Source: Hydrogenothermaceae bacterium (GTDB lineage: Bacteria > Aquificota > Aquificia > Aquificales > Hydrogenothermaceae). Taken from it: a DNA stretch of 64,000 nucleotides. The notes below the pieces were generated by a model that saw nothing but the letters and a program-made list of their open reading frames with translations, was not told the DNA's origin and ran no database searches. Positions within the stretch are counted from its first letter, which is position 1. Every line of letters begins with the position of its first letter. Below are positions 1-10,746 of the stretch, in pieces. The position numbers and the translations under genes are program-made. The DNA lies in the NCBI GenBank assembly GCA_041287495.1, contig JBEULE010000042.1, positions 6,139-70,138 of the forward strand, written 5' to 3'.

Positions 1-1063
1 CTATAGCTGCAAATCTTGTATCAGCTGTCTCCCCTGACTGACTTATAGCAATTATAAGAGTTTTTTCATCTACGGGTGATTCTCTGTATCTAAACTCTGA
101 TGCATAATCTACTATAACCGGAATTTTTAGGAATTTTTCTACCCAAAACTTCCCTACTAATCCAGCGTGGAAAGATGTTCCACAAGCTATTATGTAAAGT
201 TTGTTAAATTTATCTAAGTTGTCAAAGATAGGATTATCTAAGTTTGACAAAAATCCGGATATTGTGTCAGTCAAACTTTTTGGTTGTTGGTGTATCTCTT
301 TAAGCATAAAATGTTTGTATCCCTCTTTCTCAGCAACAGACATATCCCAATTTACAGTAAAAGGCTTTCTCTCTAATTTTTCTCCATCTATGTTATAGAT
401 AACCACGGAATCTTTCGTAATAACAGCTATCTCATCGTCATTTAAAGTTATAAATCTGTTTGTATATTCTAAAACAGCCGGAATATCAGAAGCTATAAAG
501 TTTTCACCTTCACCAAGCCCTACTATAAGAGGACTTCCTTTTCTTAAAGCTACTATCTTATCCGGCTCCTTTGTGCTTATAATACCAACAGCATAGGCAC
601 CTTTTAATTTTTTGGCTACTTTTAATATAGTTTTAAATAGATTTCCTTCCCACTCTTCTTCAATAAGATGAGCTATAACCTCTGTATCTGTCTGTGAAGA
701 AAACTGATATCCCTTAGATATAAGTTCTTCTTTTAACTGTACATAATTCTCTACTATTCCGTTATGAACTAAAGCAACAGAGTTATCTCTACTTTTGTGT
801 GGATGAGCATTTTCAACAGTAGGAGGCCCATGGGTAGCCCATCTTGTATGACCTATACCTATATGTCCTTTAATATCTTTTCCCCATATATGTTCTGTTA
901 AATCTCTGATTTTCCCTACAGTTTTCTCTATAATCAGATTACCTGTCTCATCTATCACAGCTATACCGGCAGAATCATAACCCCTATACTCAAGTCTCAT
1001 AAGCCCATGTATCAGAACCGGAACAATCTCTCTCTTGCCTACATACCCAACTATTCCGCACAT
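1..1063 (-). CDS. glmS: glutamine--fructose-6-phosphate aminotransferase, N-terminal ~354 aa (runs off window edge)
   Basis: Reverse complement from 1063 reads [21 protein letters not shown] (Ntn-Cys start). The SIS motif [10 protein letters not shown] lies near position 1. The ORF is not in the track because it is truncated by the window. Confidence 0.85.
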   Translation of the reverse strand, partial: MCGIVGYVGKREIVPVLIHGLMRLEYRGYDSAGIAVIDETGNLIIEKTVGKIRDLTEHIWGKDIKGHIGIGHTRWATHGPPTVENAHPHKSRDNSVALVHNGIVENYVQLKEELISKGYQFSSQTDTEVIAHLIEEEWEGNLFKTILKVAKKLKGAYAVGIISTKEPDKIVALRKGSPLIVGLGEGENFIASDIPAVLEYTNRFITLNDDEIAVITKDSVVIYNIDGEKLERKPFTVNWDMSVAEKEGYKHFMLKEIHQQPKSLTDTISGFLSNLDNPIFDNLDKFNKLYIIACGTSFHAGLVGKFWVEKFLKIPVIVDYASEFRYRESPVDEKTLIIAISQSGETADTRFAAI

Positions 1064-1788
1064 TTACAAACCTCCATTATCAACTCTTTCATTTTTCGCA
1101 CAGCCTCAAAAAGTCCCCAGTATATTGAGTTTGCTATTATTGAGTGTCCTATATTTAACTCTTCAATATATTTTATAGATGCAACAGGTTTTACATTCTG
1201 ATAGTTAAGTCCATGTCCGGCAAAGACTTTTATACCTCTTTCATAAGCGTATTTTGCTGCTTTTCTCAACCTCTCAAGCTCTCTATCTATATTAGAACCG
1301 TAAGTATTAGCATACTCTCCGGTATGAAGTTCTACAGCATCTGCCCCTACTTCTATAGAGGCATCTATCTGGTCTTCATCAGGGTCTATAAACAAACTAA
1401 CTCTTATTCCAACTTTTTTAAAGGGTTTTATATAATCTTTAAGATAATCTTTCATAGATAAAACATCTAAACCACCTTCTGTTGTTATCTCCTGTCTTCT
1501 TTCCGGAACAAGTGTAACAGTATTTGGCAGAACATCTAAAGCTATACTCTGCATCTCTAAAGTAGGTGCCATCTCTAAGTTTATAGGTGTGGTTGTATCT
1601 TTAAGTTCACACTTTAATCTAAATAGGTCTTCATCCTGTATATGTCTTCTATCTTCTCTTAGATGAAGCGTTATCTGATCTGCTCCTGCTTGGATAGCTA
1701 TCAAAGCTCCTTTTATAGGATCTGGTTCAAATGTTTTTCTTGCTTCTCTTAATGTTGCTATATGGTCTATATTAACTCCTAATCTCAT
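1051..1788 (-). CDS. pdxJ: pyridoxine 5'-phosphate synthase
   Basis: 245 aa. The N-terminus [17 protein letters not shown] and the motif HLREDRRHI are diagnostic of PdxJ. Confidence 0.9.
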   Translation of the reverse strand: MRLGVNIDHIATLREARKTFEPDPIKGALIAIQAGADQITLHLREDRRHIQDEDLFRLKCELKDTTTPINLEMAPTLEMQSIALDVLPNTVTLVPERRQEITTEGGLDVLSMKDYLKDYIKPFKKVGIRVSLFIDPDEDQIDASIEVGADAVELHTGEYANTYGSNIDRELERLRKAAKYAYERGIKVFAGHGLNYQNVKPVASIKYIEELNIGHSIIANSIYWGLFEAVRKMKELIMEVCKCAE

Positions 1789-1825
1789 CTTTCCCTCTTC
1801 TAAATTTAAAAACTATTATATAAAT

Positions 1826-2545
1826 CTATTCTGATTTTATTTTAAGGTAAGCCTCTTTTGCAGCTTGAGTTTCCGCTTCTTTTTTAGATTTTCCTTTCCC
1901 GAAGGTAGTTATGTTATCTATTTTACATTCAACTGTAAAAATTTTTTCATGCTCCGGACCTTCAGCAGAAACCAATCTATACTTAGGAATAGCTCCGTAT
2001 ATCTTCTGAGTTTCTATCTGAAGTAAAGATTTAAAATCTTTTGGAATACTTTCTGTTTTAATATCGTTTATTAATTTGTCTTTAAAATATTTAAAGAATA
2101 TCTCTCTTGGTTTTTCTATTGAAAATTCACTGTCAACATAAATGGCACCAAATACAGCCTCAAATACATCACAGAGTAGAGATTCTCTTTCTGTCCCTTT
2201 TTGTATTCTTTCACCTTTACTTATAAGTACATATTCTTGTAAATCTAAATCCTTTGCAAGTTTAGAAAGATAACTCTCACTTATGACAGCTGACCTTATC
2301 TGAGATAGTTCTCCTTCCCTTGCTTTTGGAAACTCTTTTATAAGGATTTCACTGACTATTAAAGATAAAACTGCATCTCCTAAAAATTCAAGGACTTCAT
2401 AATCTGGAATTTTTTTGTAATACTCTGCAACAAACGATCTATGGGTAATAGAAGCTAATAATAAATTTTTATTCTGAAATGTATAACCTAACTTTTGCTC
2501 TAAAGCTTGAATTTTATCCTTAAATGTATCTAAAACATCATTCAT
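1826..2545 (-). CDS. rnc: ribonuclease III
   Basis: 239 aa. RNase III signature [11 protein letters not shown] and a C-terminal dsRBD. Confidence 0.9.
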   Translation of the reverse strand: MNDVLDTFKDKIQALEQKLGYTFQNKNLLLASITHRSFVAEYYKKIPDYEVLEFLGDAVLSLIVSEILIKEFPKAREGELSQIRSAVISESYLSKLAKDLDLQEYVLISKGERIQKGTERESLLCDVFEAVFGAIYVDSEFSIEKPREIFFKYFKDKLINDIKTESIPKDFKSLLQIETQKIYGAIPKYRLVSAEGPEHEKIFTVECKIDNITTFGKGKSKKEAETQAAKEAYLKIKSE

Positions 2546-3779
2546 AAGCCTTAAATGCTAAACAAGCGTTTGTTCCACCAAACCCAAAAGAGTTTGATAT
2601 TGCTACTTTGACTTTATACTCTATGGCTTTATTAGGTACATAATCAAGGTCACAGTCAGGATCAGGATACTCATAGTTAATAGTAGGAGGAATTATACCT
2701 TCTTTTATAGTTTTTACAGTAGCAACAGCTTCAACTGCCCCAGCTGCTCCAAGTAGGTGTCCTATCATAGATTTATTTGAGCTTACTTTTAGTCTATATG
2801 CATGGTCTTTAAACACTTCTTTTATTGCTAAGGTCTCTATTTTATCGTTAAGAGGTGTTGATGTTCCATGGGCGTTTATATAATCAACCTCTTCTGGATT
2901 TATCTTTCCGTCATTAAGAGCCATAGTTATAACTCTTTTGGCACCATCTGCATCTGGACAAGGTGCAGTAATATGATAAGCATCTGCGGTTAAACCGTAT
3001 CCAACTATCTCTGCATATATCTTGGCTCCTCTTTTCCTTGCATGTTCAAGTTCTTCAAGGACTAATATACCTGCACCTTCACCCATAACAAAACCATCTC
3101 TCTCTGCATCAAATGGTCTGGACGCTTTAGTTGGTTCTTCGTTTCTGGTAGATAGAGCTTTCATATTAGCAAATCCAGCTATTCCAAGAGGTGTGATAGC
3201 CGATTCTGTCCCTCCGGCTATCATTATATCTGCGTCTCCTCTCTGGATTATTTTGAAAGCATCTCCTATAGAATGGGTTCCTGTAGCACAGGCTGTTACA
3301 ACACAGGAGTTTGGCCCTTTAAAACCAAACTCTATAGAAATGTATCCGGAAGCCATGTTTGATATACCGGAAGGGATAAAGAAAGGAGAAACCCTTCTAG
3401 CCCCTTTTTCTATTAAAACTTTCTGTTGCTCTTCAATATCCCTTAAGCCGCCGATACCGGTCCCAACAATAACACCTGCTCTATTTAGGTCTATCTTATC
3501 TAATTCAAGTCCGGAGTCTTGTATAGCTTCTTTTGCAGCTATAACAGCAAATTTAACAAAATCACTCATCCTTTTAAGTTCTTTAGAGTCAAGAAACTCT
3601 TCCGGTTTTAGATTCTTCACTTCTCCTGCAATAATGACAGGTAAGTTATAGGCAACCGGATCAAATCTCTTTATAACATCTATACCGCTTACTCCGTTAA
3701 TAAGGTTATTCCAAAAATCTTTTACATTATTACCTATAGGTGTTACTGCTCCAATACCGGTAACGACGACTCTTCTCAT
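2538..3779 (-). CDS. fabF: 3-oxoacyl-ACP synthase II
   Basis: 413 aa. KAS II fold with active-site Cys in VVTACATG and the HGTSTPLND / GHLLGAAG motifs. Confidence 0.9.
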   Translation of the reverse strand: MRRVVVTGIGAVTPIGNNVKDFWNNLINGVSGIDVIKRFDPVAYNLPVIIAGEVKNLKPEEFLDSKELKRMSDFVKFAVIAAKEAIQDSGLELDKIDLNRAGVIVGTGIGGLRDIEEQQKVLIEKGARRVSPFFIPSGISNMASGYISIEFGFKGPNSCVVTACATGTHSIGDAFKIIQRGDADIMIAGGTESAITPLGIAGFANMKALSTRNEEPTKASRPFDAERDGFVMGEGAGILVLEELEHARKRGAKIYAEIVGYGLTADAYHITAPCPDADGAKRVITMALNDGKINPEEVDYINAHGTSTPLNDKIETLAIKEVFKDHAYRLKVSSNKSMIGHLLGAAGAVEAVATVKTIKEGIIPPTINYEYPDPDCDLDYVPNKAIEYKVKVAISNSFGFGGTNACLAFKAYE

Positions 3780-3784
3780 TCTAT

Positions 3785-4018
3785 TTACCCTTGTTTAGAT
3801 TTTATATACTCTAAAACATCTCCGACTGTTGTAATCTTTTCTGCATCTTCATCAGGAATTTCTACATTAAACTCTTCTTCAAAAGCCATTATAAGTTCAA
3901 CAACATCAAGGGAGTCTGCACCAAGATCATCAACAAACTTTGCTTCCGGAGTTATCTTCTCAATTTCAACTCCAAGCTGATCTGCTATGATCTCCTTTAC
4001 TCTTTGTTCGATAGACAT
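3785..4018 (-). CDS. acpP: acyl carrier protein
   Basis: 77 aa. DLGADSLD phosphopantetheine-attachment motif. Confidence 0.9.
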   Translation of the reverse strand: MSIEQRVKEIIADQLGVEIEKITPEAKFVDDLGADSLDVVELIMAFEEEFNVEIPDEDAEKITTVGDVLEYIKSKQG

Positions 4019-4045
4019 CTTTATAACCTCCTATATAGATTTTGT

Positions 4046-4783
4046 TTAATACATTCCACCGTTTACGTGTATAACTTCTCCGGTTATATAACTTGCTAAA
4101 TCAGAGGCTAAAAATAAAACCACATTAGCCACATCTTCCGGCTTTCCAAATCTTCCAACAGGTATCTGTTTGAGGTAATTTTCTTTAATATCTGCAGGTA
4201 ATACTTCTGTCATATCAGTTTCTATAAACCCAGGTGCAACAGCATTTACAGTGATATTCCTTGAAGCAACCTCTTTAGCTAATGATTTTGTAAATCCTAT
4301 AAGTCCAGCTTTTGTTGTAGAGTAGTTTACCTGTCCAACATTTCCTATAAAACCTATTATAGATGATATGTTTATAATTCTACCGTATCTCTGTTTTATC
4401 ATGTTTTTAACTACAGCTTGAGTTATTTTAAATGTTCCGGTAAGATTTGTATTTATAACAGAATCCCAATCTTCCTGTTTCATCCTTATAAAGAGTGTAT
4501 CTTTTGTTATACCAGCATTATTTACGAGTATATCTATCTTATTATTTGTTAATCTGAATATTTCATTTACTGACTCAGTTATATCTGTAGACAAATCAAG
4601 AGAAACACCAAAAGCCCTTACTCCATATTCTACTTCTATGGATTTAGCGAGAGATTCTGCTACCTTTCTATCTCTTCCAGTTATGATAATGTCAGCGCCG
4701 GCTTTAGCAAACTCTACAGCAATAGCTTTTCCTATTCCCCTTGTAGAGCCTGTTATTAAGGCTATTTTTCCTCTAAAATCCAA
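4046..4783 (-). CDS. fabG: 3-oxoacyl-ACP reductase (SDR family)
   Basis: 245 aa. TGxxxGIG Rossmann motif and the NNAG and YxxxK motifs. Sits in a fab cluster. Confidence 0.85.
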   Translation of the reverse strand: MDFRGKIALITGSTRGIGKAIAVEFAKAGADIIITGRDRKVAESLAKSIEVEYGVRAFGVSLDLSTDITESVNEIFRLTNNKIDILVNNAGITKDTLFIRMKQEDWDSVINTNLTGTFKITQAVVKNMIKQRYGRIINISSIIGFIGNVGQVNYSTTKAGLIGFTKSLAKEVASRNITVNAVAPGFIETDMTEVLPADIKENYLKQIPVGRFGKPEDVANVVLFLASDLASYITGEVIHVNGGMY

Positions 4784-4881
4784 AAAACACCTCTATTCTT
4801 TAAATTAATGACTATATTTTACCATATTTTTTTATATTTAGGTAGAATGAGCCGGCTAAAGCCGGCTAATATTTGAAAAAT

Positions 4882-5676
4882 CTAGAATTTTGCTCCTACT
4901 GTAAAGAAAGCTCCTTTCACTGTTATATTAGTGTATAAGTTACTTATTGTATCTATCTTTAACTTTTCATATCTATAACCGGCAGATACATACACAGGTT
5001 TAACAGGAGTAACTTTCAGTTCAAGAGAGTAATCATAGTATTTAGCCTTTGAGTAAGATATCCCTCTTAACTCTCCAACTAAAGATACAGGTATAGGACT
5101 GTTTGGCACATTAACACCAAGTCCTGCATAAATTAAAGGTATAGGAACAGTTGCAGATTTTGAAGCAGTTTCTGTTTGTCCTGTAGTTTTCTCAGTACCA
5201 GTTATACTTCCTTTAAAATTAATTATTCTAACATCTATACCTAACTCCGGGTCTAGAATACCGTTAGTTGCCTTTTTAACAAAAGGAAGATTTCCATAAA
5301 GTCCTATATCAAATCTGTCAAGTTTAATCTTAGAATCTACTTTTGTTTCTGCTTCGTATGTTTTACCATTATAAGTTATATCTCTCGTAATATTTCCTGT
5401 TCCTGAAAACTCCATAGGCATGTATTGAAGATATAGGTTAGGAATTAAGAATATTGGATGTTCTATCTTGGCTCTAATAAAAGGTTTAGTTTTATCTCCT
5501 AAGCCAAGGTCTTTCTTTAGGTCAATTACATCTCCTGTTGGCACAGGATACTGTATCTGTCCGGAAGGCTTTTGCTGAACAGCTCCAACAGAAATATCAA
5601 TCTCTGTTCCTGGCAAAGCAAATGAGCTATATGTTAAACCTAACACTCCTGCAACTAAAAGAACTTTTCTCTTCAT
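4882..5676 (-). CDS. outer-membrane beta-barrel protein (signal peptide, C-terminal aromatic residue)
   Basis: 264 aa. N-terminal signal peptide, alternating amphipathic strands, terminal ...GAKF. Confidence 0.55.
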   Translation of the reverse strand: MKRKVLLVAGVLGLTYSSFALPGTEIDISVGAVQQKPSGQIQYPVPTGDVIDLKKDLGLGDKTKPFIRAKIEHPIFLIPNLYLQYMPMEFSGTGNITRDITYNGKTYEAETKVDSKIKLDRFDIGLYGNLPFVKKATNGILDPELGIDVRIINFKGSITGTEKTTGQTETASKSATVPIPLIYAGLGVNVPNSPIPVSLVGELRGISYSKAKYYDYSLELKVTPVKPVYVSAGYRYEKLKIDTISNLYTNITVKGAFFTVGAKF

Positions 5677-5685
5677 GTTTACTTC

Positions 5686-5907
5686 CTATAGATTTATTTC
5701 AACTTCCTTTTCTCTGGAAGTTTCCCCTCTTACTATCTTTATTTTACTCTTCGGCACATTAAAAAAATATGATAACAGTTCTATAGCTTTTTCATTAGCT
5801 TTTCCTTTTTCCGGTATGACAGTAGTTCTTATTTCATAAAGATTTTCATCTACTTTTTTAATTTCGTTTTTACTACTTCCCGGTTTGACTTTTATTTTTA
5901 TTCTCAT
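5686..5907 (-). CDS. yggU: DUF167 / YggU-family protein
   Basis: 73 aa. Pattern KVKPGSSKNEI...GKANEKAIELLSYFFNV..IKIVRGETSREK matches UPF0235. Confidence 0.6.
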   Translation of the reverse strand: MRIKIKVKPGSSKNEIKKVDENLYEIRTTVIPEKGKANEKAIELLSYFFNVPKSKIKIVRGETSREKEVEINL

Positions 5908-7013
5908 CTTTCTCTTATTCCGGCTATAAATTCCTCAACCATCTGTCTTGCTATGTAATCTTTATACTGTATTGGAGGATGTTTCATTGTGTAAGCAGAT
6001 ATAGAGTATAAAGGTCCACCTATTCCTCTATCCCTTGCAAGTTTAGCGCATCTTATAGCATCTATTGCAACCCCTGCACTGTTTGGAGAATCCTCTACTT
6101 CTAGTCTTAACTCTATATTCATAGGAACATCTCCAAAGAGCCTTCCCTCTATTCTTATAAAGGCAAGCTTTTTATCTTTAAGCCACGGAACATAGTCAGA
6201 TGGTCCTATATGGACATTTCTTGGATCTATACCGTAAGGTATCAAAGAAGTAACGGCTTCAGTTTTTGATTTTTTCTTTGTTTCTAATCTACTTCTTTCA
6301 AGCATATTTAAAAAGTCTGTATTTCCACCAACATTAAGTTGATATGTTCTATCTACTTTAACTCCTCTCTCTAAGAGAAGCTGAGTTAAAACTCTGTGGG
6401 TAATTGTTGCTCCAACTTGAGATTTTATATCATCTCCCACAACCGGAATACCTGCATCTTCAAATTTTTTAGCCCATTCTGAATCTGATACTATAAATGT
6501 TGGCATACAGTTTATAAATGAAACTCCGGCTTCAAGGCAAGCTTGAGCATAGAATCTTGCTGCTTGTTCGGCACCTACAGGAACATAGTTTATAAGTACA
6601 TCTGCTTTACTTTCTACTAAAACTCTTACAACAGTATCTAAATCATCCTCTTTCTCATTTGCTAAAACAAATGCGTTTTCTGGAGGATAGTTTTTCATAT
6701 GTTCCGGATAACCGTCTAACACTTTACCCATCCTTACCTTAACACCCATATGAGGTATGCTTGGATAGAAAACAGTTGTACAGTTTGGTTGAGCATATAT
6801 TGCCTGACTAATATCAAAACCTACTTTTCTAACATCTATGTCCCATGCTGCTACTATCTCTATATCCCAAGGCTTATAACCTCCTATATCTTCATGCATA
6901 ATCCCGGAAGCTTCTAAATCTTTTTTCTCTTTATAATAGTAAATTCCCTGTATTAATGAGCTGGCACAGTTACCAACTCCTGCAATTGCAACCTTTATCT
7001 TCTTTTCAGCCAA
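5904..7013 (-). CDS. myo-inositol-1-phosphate synthase (archaeal/thermophile type)
   Basis: 369 aa. NAD-binding N-terminus IAGVGNCASSLIQG and an overall MIPS-like sequence. Confidence 0.8.
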   Translation of the reverse strand: MAEKKIKVAIAGVGNCASSLIQGIYYYKEKKDLEASGIMHEDIGGYKPWDIEIVAAWDIDVRKVGFDISQAIYAQPNCTTVFYPSIPHMGVKVRMGKVLDGYPEHMKNYPPENAFVLANEKEDDLDTVVRVLVESKADVLINYVPVGAEQAARFYAQACLEAGVSFINCMPTFIVSDSEWAKKFEDAGIPVVGDDIKSQVGATITHRVLTQLLLERGVKVDRTYQLNVGGNTDFLNMLERSRLETKKKSKTEAVTSLIPYGIDPRNVHIGPSDYVPWLKDKKLAFIRIEGRLFGDVPMNIELRLEVEDSPNSAGVAIDAIRCAKLARDRGIGGPLYSISAYTMKHPPIQYKDYIARQMVEEFIAGIRER

Positions 7014-7027
7014 TTTTCAATCCTCCG

Positions 7028-8629
7028 TTATAGGATAACTTGTTTAGCTTTTATTATCTCTGGAATCTGATGAATTTCTTGAAGAACAGCCTCATTTAAT
7101 TTATCATCAAGTTGAAGAGCTCCTAATGCCTCTTTACCTTTCTCTAATCTTCCAAGTCTAAATCCTGCTATATTTATATTGTGTCTTGCCAGTAAGGTTC
7201 CCAACTTTCCGATAACCCCTGGAACATCTTTATTTTCAAACATAAGTATTACTCCGTAAGGTTCTATATCTATCCAGTAGTTATCAACAAGCATTATTCT
7301 TGGGAATTTATCGTAAAATGCTGTTCCACCAACAACTATTTCTCTTTCATCTGATTTAGCAGTGATTTTTATAAACTCTTTAAAGTTAAGTCCGGCTTCT
7401 CTTGTTGATGTAACTACATTTATTCCCCTTTCTTTTGCTATAAAAGGAGCATTTATAATATTAACAGGTCTATTTAAAACAGGAGATAGATAACCCTTTA
7501 AGAAGTATGCCACAATAGGTTCAACATGCTGTTTTATTGTTCCTCTAACTTCTACATTTATCTCCGTAAAATGTCCTCCAGCATACTGGGTTAAGAAACT
7601 TCCTAACTTTTCTGAAAGATCAAGGTAAGCTTTTATACTTTCAAATCCTTCAGTTATCGTAAACGGTGCATTAACAGCGACTTCTACAAACTGACCTTTT
7701 AACGCAGCAATAACATACTGAGCTATCTTAATTGCTACATTATCCTGAGATTCATAAGTGTTTGCTCCTATATGAGGTGATAAGCTTATATTAGGAAAAT
7801 CAAACAATCTTCTTATCCTATCATCTGGAGGCTCTTTTGAGAAAACATCAAGACCAAGTCCTGCTATTTTACCTTCTTGAATAGCTTCATAAAGGGCATC
7901 CTCATCAACTATTCCACCCCTTGCACAGTTAATAAAATAGACACCCTTCTTCATAAGTTCAAACTCTTTTTTACCTATCATATTTTTAGTTTCTTCTGTT
8001 AAAGGACAGTGTAAAGTGATAATATCTGATCTTCTTATAAGCTCATGGAGGTTATCAACAAGTTCAACACCAAGTCTATCACCTTTTTCCTTTGGAATAT
8101 ATGGGTCATAGGCTATAACCTTAGATCCGGCAGCTTTACATCTGATGGCAACTTGAGATCCAACATTACCAAGTCCTATAATACCTACAACTTTACCGTC
8201 AAGCTCTTCTCCCATAAACTTCTTTCTGTTCCATTCACCGTTCATCATAGATTGATGGGCAAGATGTAACTTTCTTAAAACGGCATAAATATGTGCCATA
8301 GTTATCTCTGCTGCACCTATAGTATTTGCTCCGGGAGTATTAACTACCAGTATTCCCTTTCTTGAAGCTTCCTCTAAATCAACATTATCTACACCAACTC
8401 CAGCTCTTCCTATAACTTTTAGTTTTGTTGCTCTATCTAAAAGTTCTTTTGTCACAGGGGTTCTACTTCTTGTAATTATTGCATCATAATCTCCAACTAT
8501 CTCCAATAACTCATTCCATTTAATTTCCGGTTGATAATCAACATCTATAGATTCTTCCTGATTTAATATTTCAATACCTTTTGGAGAGATATCATCTGTA
8601 ATCAAAACTTTAAACATTATTTCCTCCAA
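7028..8629 (-). CDS. serA: D-3-phosphoglycerate dehydrogenase
   Basis: 533 aa. 2-hydroxyacid dehydrogenase core GxGxxG (GLGNVGSQVA) plus a C-terminal ACT domain. Confidence 0.9.
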   Translation of the reverse strand: MEEIMFKVLITDDISPKGIEILNQEESIDVDYQPEIKWNELLEIVGDYDAIITRSRTPVTKELLDRATKLKVIGRAGVGVDNVDLEEASRKGILVVNTPGANTIGAAEITMAHIYAVLRKLHLAHQSMMNGEWNRKKFMGEELDGKVVGIIGLGNVGSQVAIRCKAAGSKVIAYDPYIPKEKGDRLGVELVDNLHELIRRSDIITLHCPLTEETKNMIGKKEFELMKKGVYFINCARGGIVDEDALYEAIQEGKIAGLGLDVFSKEPPDDRIRRLFDFPNISLSPHIGANTYESQDNVAIKIAQYVIAALKGQFVEVAVNAPFTITEGFESIKAYLDLSEKLGSFLTQYAGGHFTEINVEVRGTIKQHVEPIVAYFLKGYLSPVLNRPVNIINAPFIAKERGINVVTSTREAGLNFKEFIKITAKSDEREIVVGGTAFYDKFPRIMLVDNYWIDIEPYGVILMFENKDVPGVIGKLGTLLARHNINIAGFRLGRLEKGKEALGALQLDDKLNEAVLQEIHQIPEIIKAKQVIL

Positions 8630-8769
8630 AAAATAAAAATTTTAAACTATTATTATAAATCAAAAAGATGAAAGATGTTTAAAATTATTGTAAAAAGTAA
8701 ACTTTTGTAATATATTTTGTATAAAGATTTCTTTAAGTAATCCCTAATACTTAGCGTAGGAAGAGTTAT

Positions 8770-8866
8770 AGCTGACTCAAAATACCGCCTGTCAGGGATG
8801 AGTCAGCTTGAAATGGCGGAATATAAATACCCTGACCTAAAGTGTAGTTAGTTTTATACACTTTAG
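8770..8866 (+). ncRNA. candidate structured leader or small RNA (GC-rich island, two 9-10 bp hairpins plus pseudoknot complementarity)
   Basis: Hairpin 1 is gctgactca (8771-8779) paired with tgagtcagc (8799-8807). Hairpin 2 is ctaaagtgta (8837-8846) paired with tacactttag (8856-8865). The hairpin-1 loop segments ccgcc and gtcaggg have downstream complements ggcgg (8815-8819) and ccctgac (8830-8836). No family assignment. Confidence 0.3.
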
Positions 8867-8883
8867 TCAAGTAAGGAAAATAT

Positions 8884-9798
8884 TTGGCTTACTACAGAAA
8901 GTTAAATGAATATTTAAAAGAAAAATACGGTGGAAGGATACAAAAGTTAGCTATAGATGCAGGATTTACATGTCCAAACAGAGATGGTTCAAAAGCAAGT
9001 GGTGGCTGCACTTTTTGTAATAACCTGTCTTTCAGTCCTTATGCTATGAGCAAAAAAACAGTGAAAGACCAGATAGAAAAAAGTATGGAGTTTTATAAAA
9101 ACAGATTTAAAAATATAAAGGGTTTCTTAGCTTACTTCCAAGCTTTTACAAATACCTATGCTCCGGTTGAAAAGTTAAAAGAGATATATGATCAAGCTAT
9201 GAGTTATGATGAGATAATAGGAATGTCAATCGGAACAAGACCTGACTGTGTTCCAGAGGAAGTTTTAGACCTAATTGCAAGTTATACGATAGAAAAACCG
9301 GAAATTTGGGTAGAGTACGGACTTCAAACAGCACATTTTAAAACCCTAAGAGCTATAAACAGAGCCCATGGAGTTTCGGAATTTGTTGATGCTGTTTTAA
9401 GGACAAAAAAGAGACCCGGTATAAAAATCTGTGTTCATGTTATACTTGGACTTCCAGGGGAAGATTATGAAGATATGATGGAAACTGCTAAACTTATAGC
9501 AGCACTTGGTGTAGATGGTATAAAAATACATCCTCTACATATTGTTAAACACACAGTTATGGAAAAACAGTATCTAAGAGGTGAGATAAGAGAATTATCT
9601 ATTGATGAGTATGCAAGATTAGCTGTAGACTTTCTATCTATCCTGCCAAAAGATATAATAGTCCATAGAATAACAGGAGAAGCTACGGAAGATGAGCTTA
9701 TTGCTCCATACTGGTGTTCACCAAAGTATAAAAACGAAGTTTTAAAAGCAATTGAAAAAGAGTTTGAAAAAAGAAAAAATCTATTTTTAGTTAAATAA
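8884..9798 (+). CDS. radical SAM protein, TIGR01212 (YhcC-like) family
   Basis: 304 aa with a TTG start behind an AAGGA RBS. Cys cluster CPNRDGSKASGGCTFC and a TIM-barrel-like sequence. Confidence 0.7.
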   Translation: MAYYRKLNEYLKEKYGGRIQKLAIDAGFTCPNRDGSKASGGCTFCNNLSFSPYAMSKKTVKDQIEKSMEFYKNRFKNIKGFLAYFQAFTNTYAPVEKLKEIYDQAMSYDEIIGMSIGTRPDCVPEEVLDLIASYTIEKPEIWVEYGLQTAHFKTLRAINRAHGVSEFVDAVLRTKKRPGIKICVHVILGLPGEDYEDMMETAKLIAALGVDGIKIHPLHIVKHTVMEKQYLRGEIRELSIDEYARLAVDFLSILPKDIIVHRITGEATEDELIAPYWCSPKYKNEVLKAIEKEFEKRKNLFLVK

Positions 9799-9813
9799 AG
9801 AGATGTAGAAAAA

Positions 9814-9833
9814 AGGCTGTATATATACAGCCT
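9814..9833 (-). terminator. perfect 20-nt palindrome aggctgtatatatacagcct between convergent genes; A6 upstream gives T6 on the minus strand
   Basis: Perfect inverted repeat with a T-tract on the minus strand immediately after the stop of the 9846..10271 gene. Confidence 0.55.
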
Positions 9834-9845
9834 AAATTAAAAATA

Positions 9846-10271
9846 TCACTCTTTTAAAGCTTTTAGAACCTTTTCATCTAACTCAATAGCTTTCTGGACA
9901 TTTCCAGTATGTTCAAATGGTATAACACCTTTAACTGTTGCACCGGGGAAAAGGTTATCAACAACATTCTCAATTTTTATCTCTACAACAGATACTCCAA
10001 AAGGTATATCTTCTATTCTATCTTTAACAATCTTAGCAGTTCCATAAATTGTCGAAGCAATTTCAGGACCGAAAACAGATACAGCAATTTTTGGATTAAC
10101 TTTTATATTCTCAACAGTTTTTGAGTTTGAGCTTAAAGCTAATCTCAATGTTTTTTCATCCTTGGCAATAAGCCAACTTACAAAAGCAAGATAAGGTGAA
10201 TCTCCGGCTACAGTCCCAACAACAGCCGGAGTTAAATCTTTTAGAACAGCCATAATATTATCCGAAAGCAT
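9846..10271 (-). CDS. pyridoxamine-5'-phosphate-oxidase-like (FMN-binding split-barrel) family protein
   Basis: 141 aa. Weak family-level pattern match only. Confidence 0.4.
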   Translation of the reverse strand: MLSDNIMAVLKDLTPAVVGTVAGDSPYLAFVSWLIAKDEKTLRLALSSNSKTVENIKVNPKIAVSVFGPEIASTIYGTAKIVKDRIEDIPFGVSVVEIKIENVVDNLFPGATVKGVIPFEHTGNVQKAIELDEKVLKALKE

Positions 10272-10288
10272 AGTGTTCCTCCTAAGAT

Positions 10289-10331
10289 TTTAAATAAAAA
10301 AATAGCATAACTAAATCAGGAAAACTATGCT
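10289..10331 (-). terminator. weak intrinsic terminator downstream of speH (AGCATA/TATGCT stem plus T8 on the minus strand)
   Basis: 6-bp stem 10304-10309 with 10326-10331. The A8 run at 10295-10302 becomes a U-tract on the transcript. Confidence 0.35.
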
Positions 10332-10341
10332 TTATCTCAGG

Positions 10342-10746
10342 TTAAGCCTGAACTAGGTCAATCCTTTCAATGTTTATACCTTCTTCTAAGTTTACAGGTA
10401 CAACTCCCCTTTCAGATATCTTTTCATCAATTCTCTTCGGCTTCAGAGTTTTTATAATAAACTCCATAGCTTTAAAGGTTTTCTCTTTTCCTCCACAGGT
10501 ATAAACATCTATTGCAGCATAGCCGTGTTCAGGCCATGTATGGATTGATATGTGAGATTCTTCTAAAAGAATAACTCCGGTTGCTCCGTAAGGACTAAAT
10601 TGATGGTAATGAGAGGATAATTTACTTAGATTTGCGTATCTTACAGCTCCCTCAAGTAAAGCTTTGATGTCTTCAACATGATCTAATTTGTCAAAATCAA
10701 CTCCATAAAGGTCAGCTAAGATATGCAGTCCGAGGGTTTTTTCCAT
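10342..10746 (-). CDS. speH: S-adenosylmethionine decarboxylase proenzyme (small SpeH/SpeD type)
   Basis: 134 aa. Self-processing site LEESHISIHTWPE (the Ser becomes the pyruvoyl group). Confidence 0.85.
   Translation of the reverse strand: MEKTLGLHILADLYGVDFDKLDHVEDIKALLEGAVRYANLSKLSSHYHQFSPYGATGVILLEESHISIHTWPEHGYAAIDVYTCGGKEKTFKAMEFIIKTLKPKRIDEKISERGVVPVNLEEGINIERIDLVQA

Noticed and set aside
1007-1461. Short plus-strand ORFs overlapping pdxJ and glmS
   Set aside because: Antisense to strongly supported genes.
3022-3651. 209-aa plus-strand ORF
   Set aside because: Lies entirely antisense inside fabF. Low-complexity Ser/Pro/Ala-rich translation typical of an antisense frame.
4849-4870. 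Hairpin AGCCGGCT-aa-AGCCGGCT downstream of the outer-membrane protein gene
   Set aside because: Self-complementary 8-mer repeated twice could form a hairpin, but there is no T-tract on the transcribed strand. Probably a weak stem or coincidence, so not called as a terminator.
8741-8866. Possibility that the GC-rich structured element is SRP (4.5S) RNA, or a guanidine/fluoride riboswitch
   Set aside because: It lacks the conserved SRP domain-IV motif (GGAA tetraloop, AGCAGC symmetric loop). It shows only superficial similarity (GUCAGG) to ykkC-type motifs. Left unclassified.
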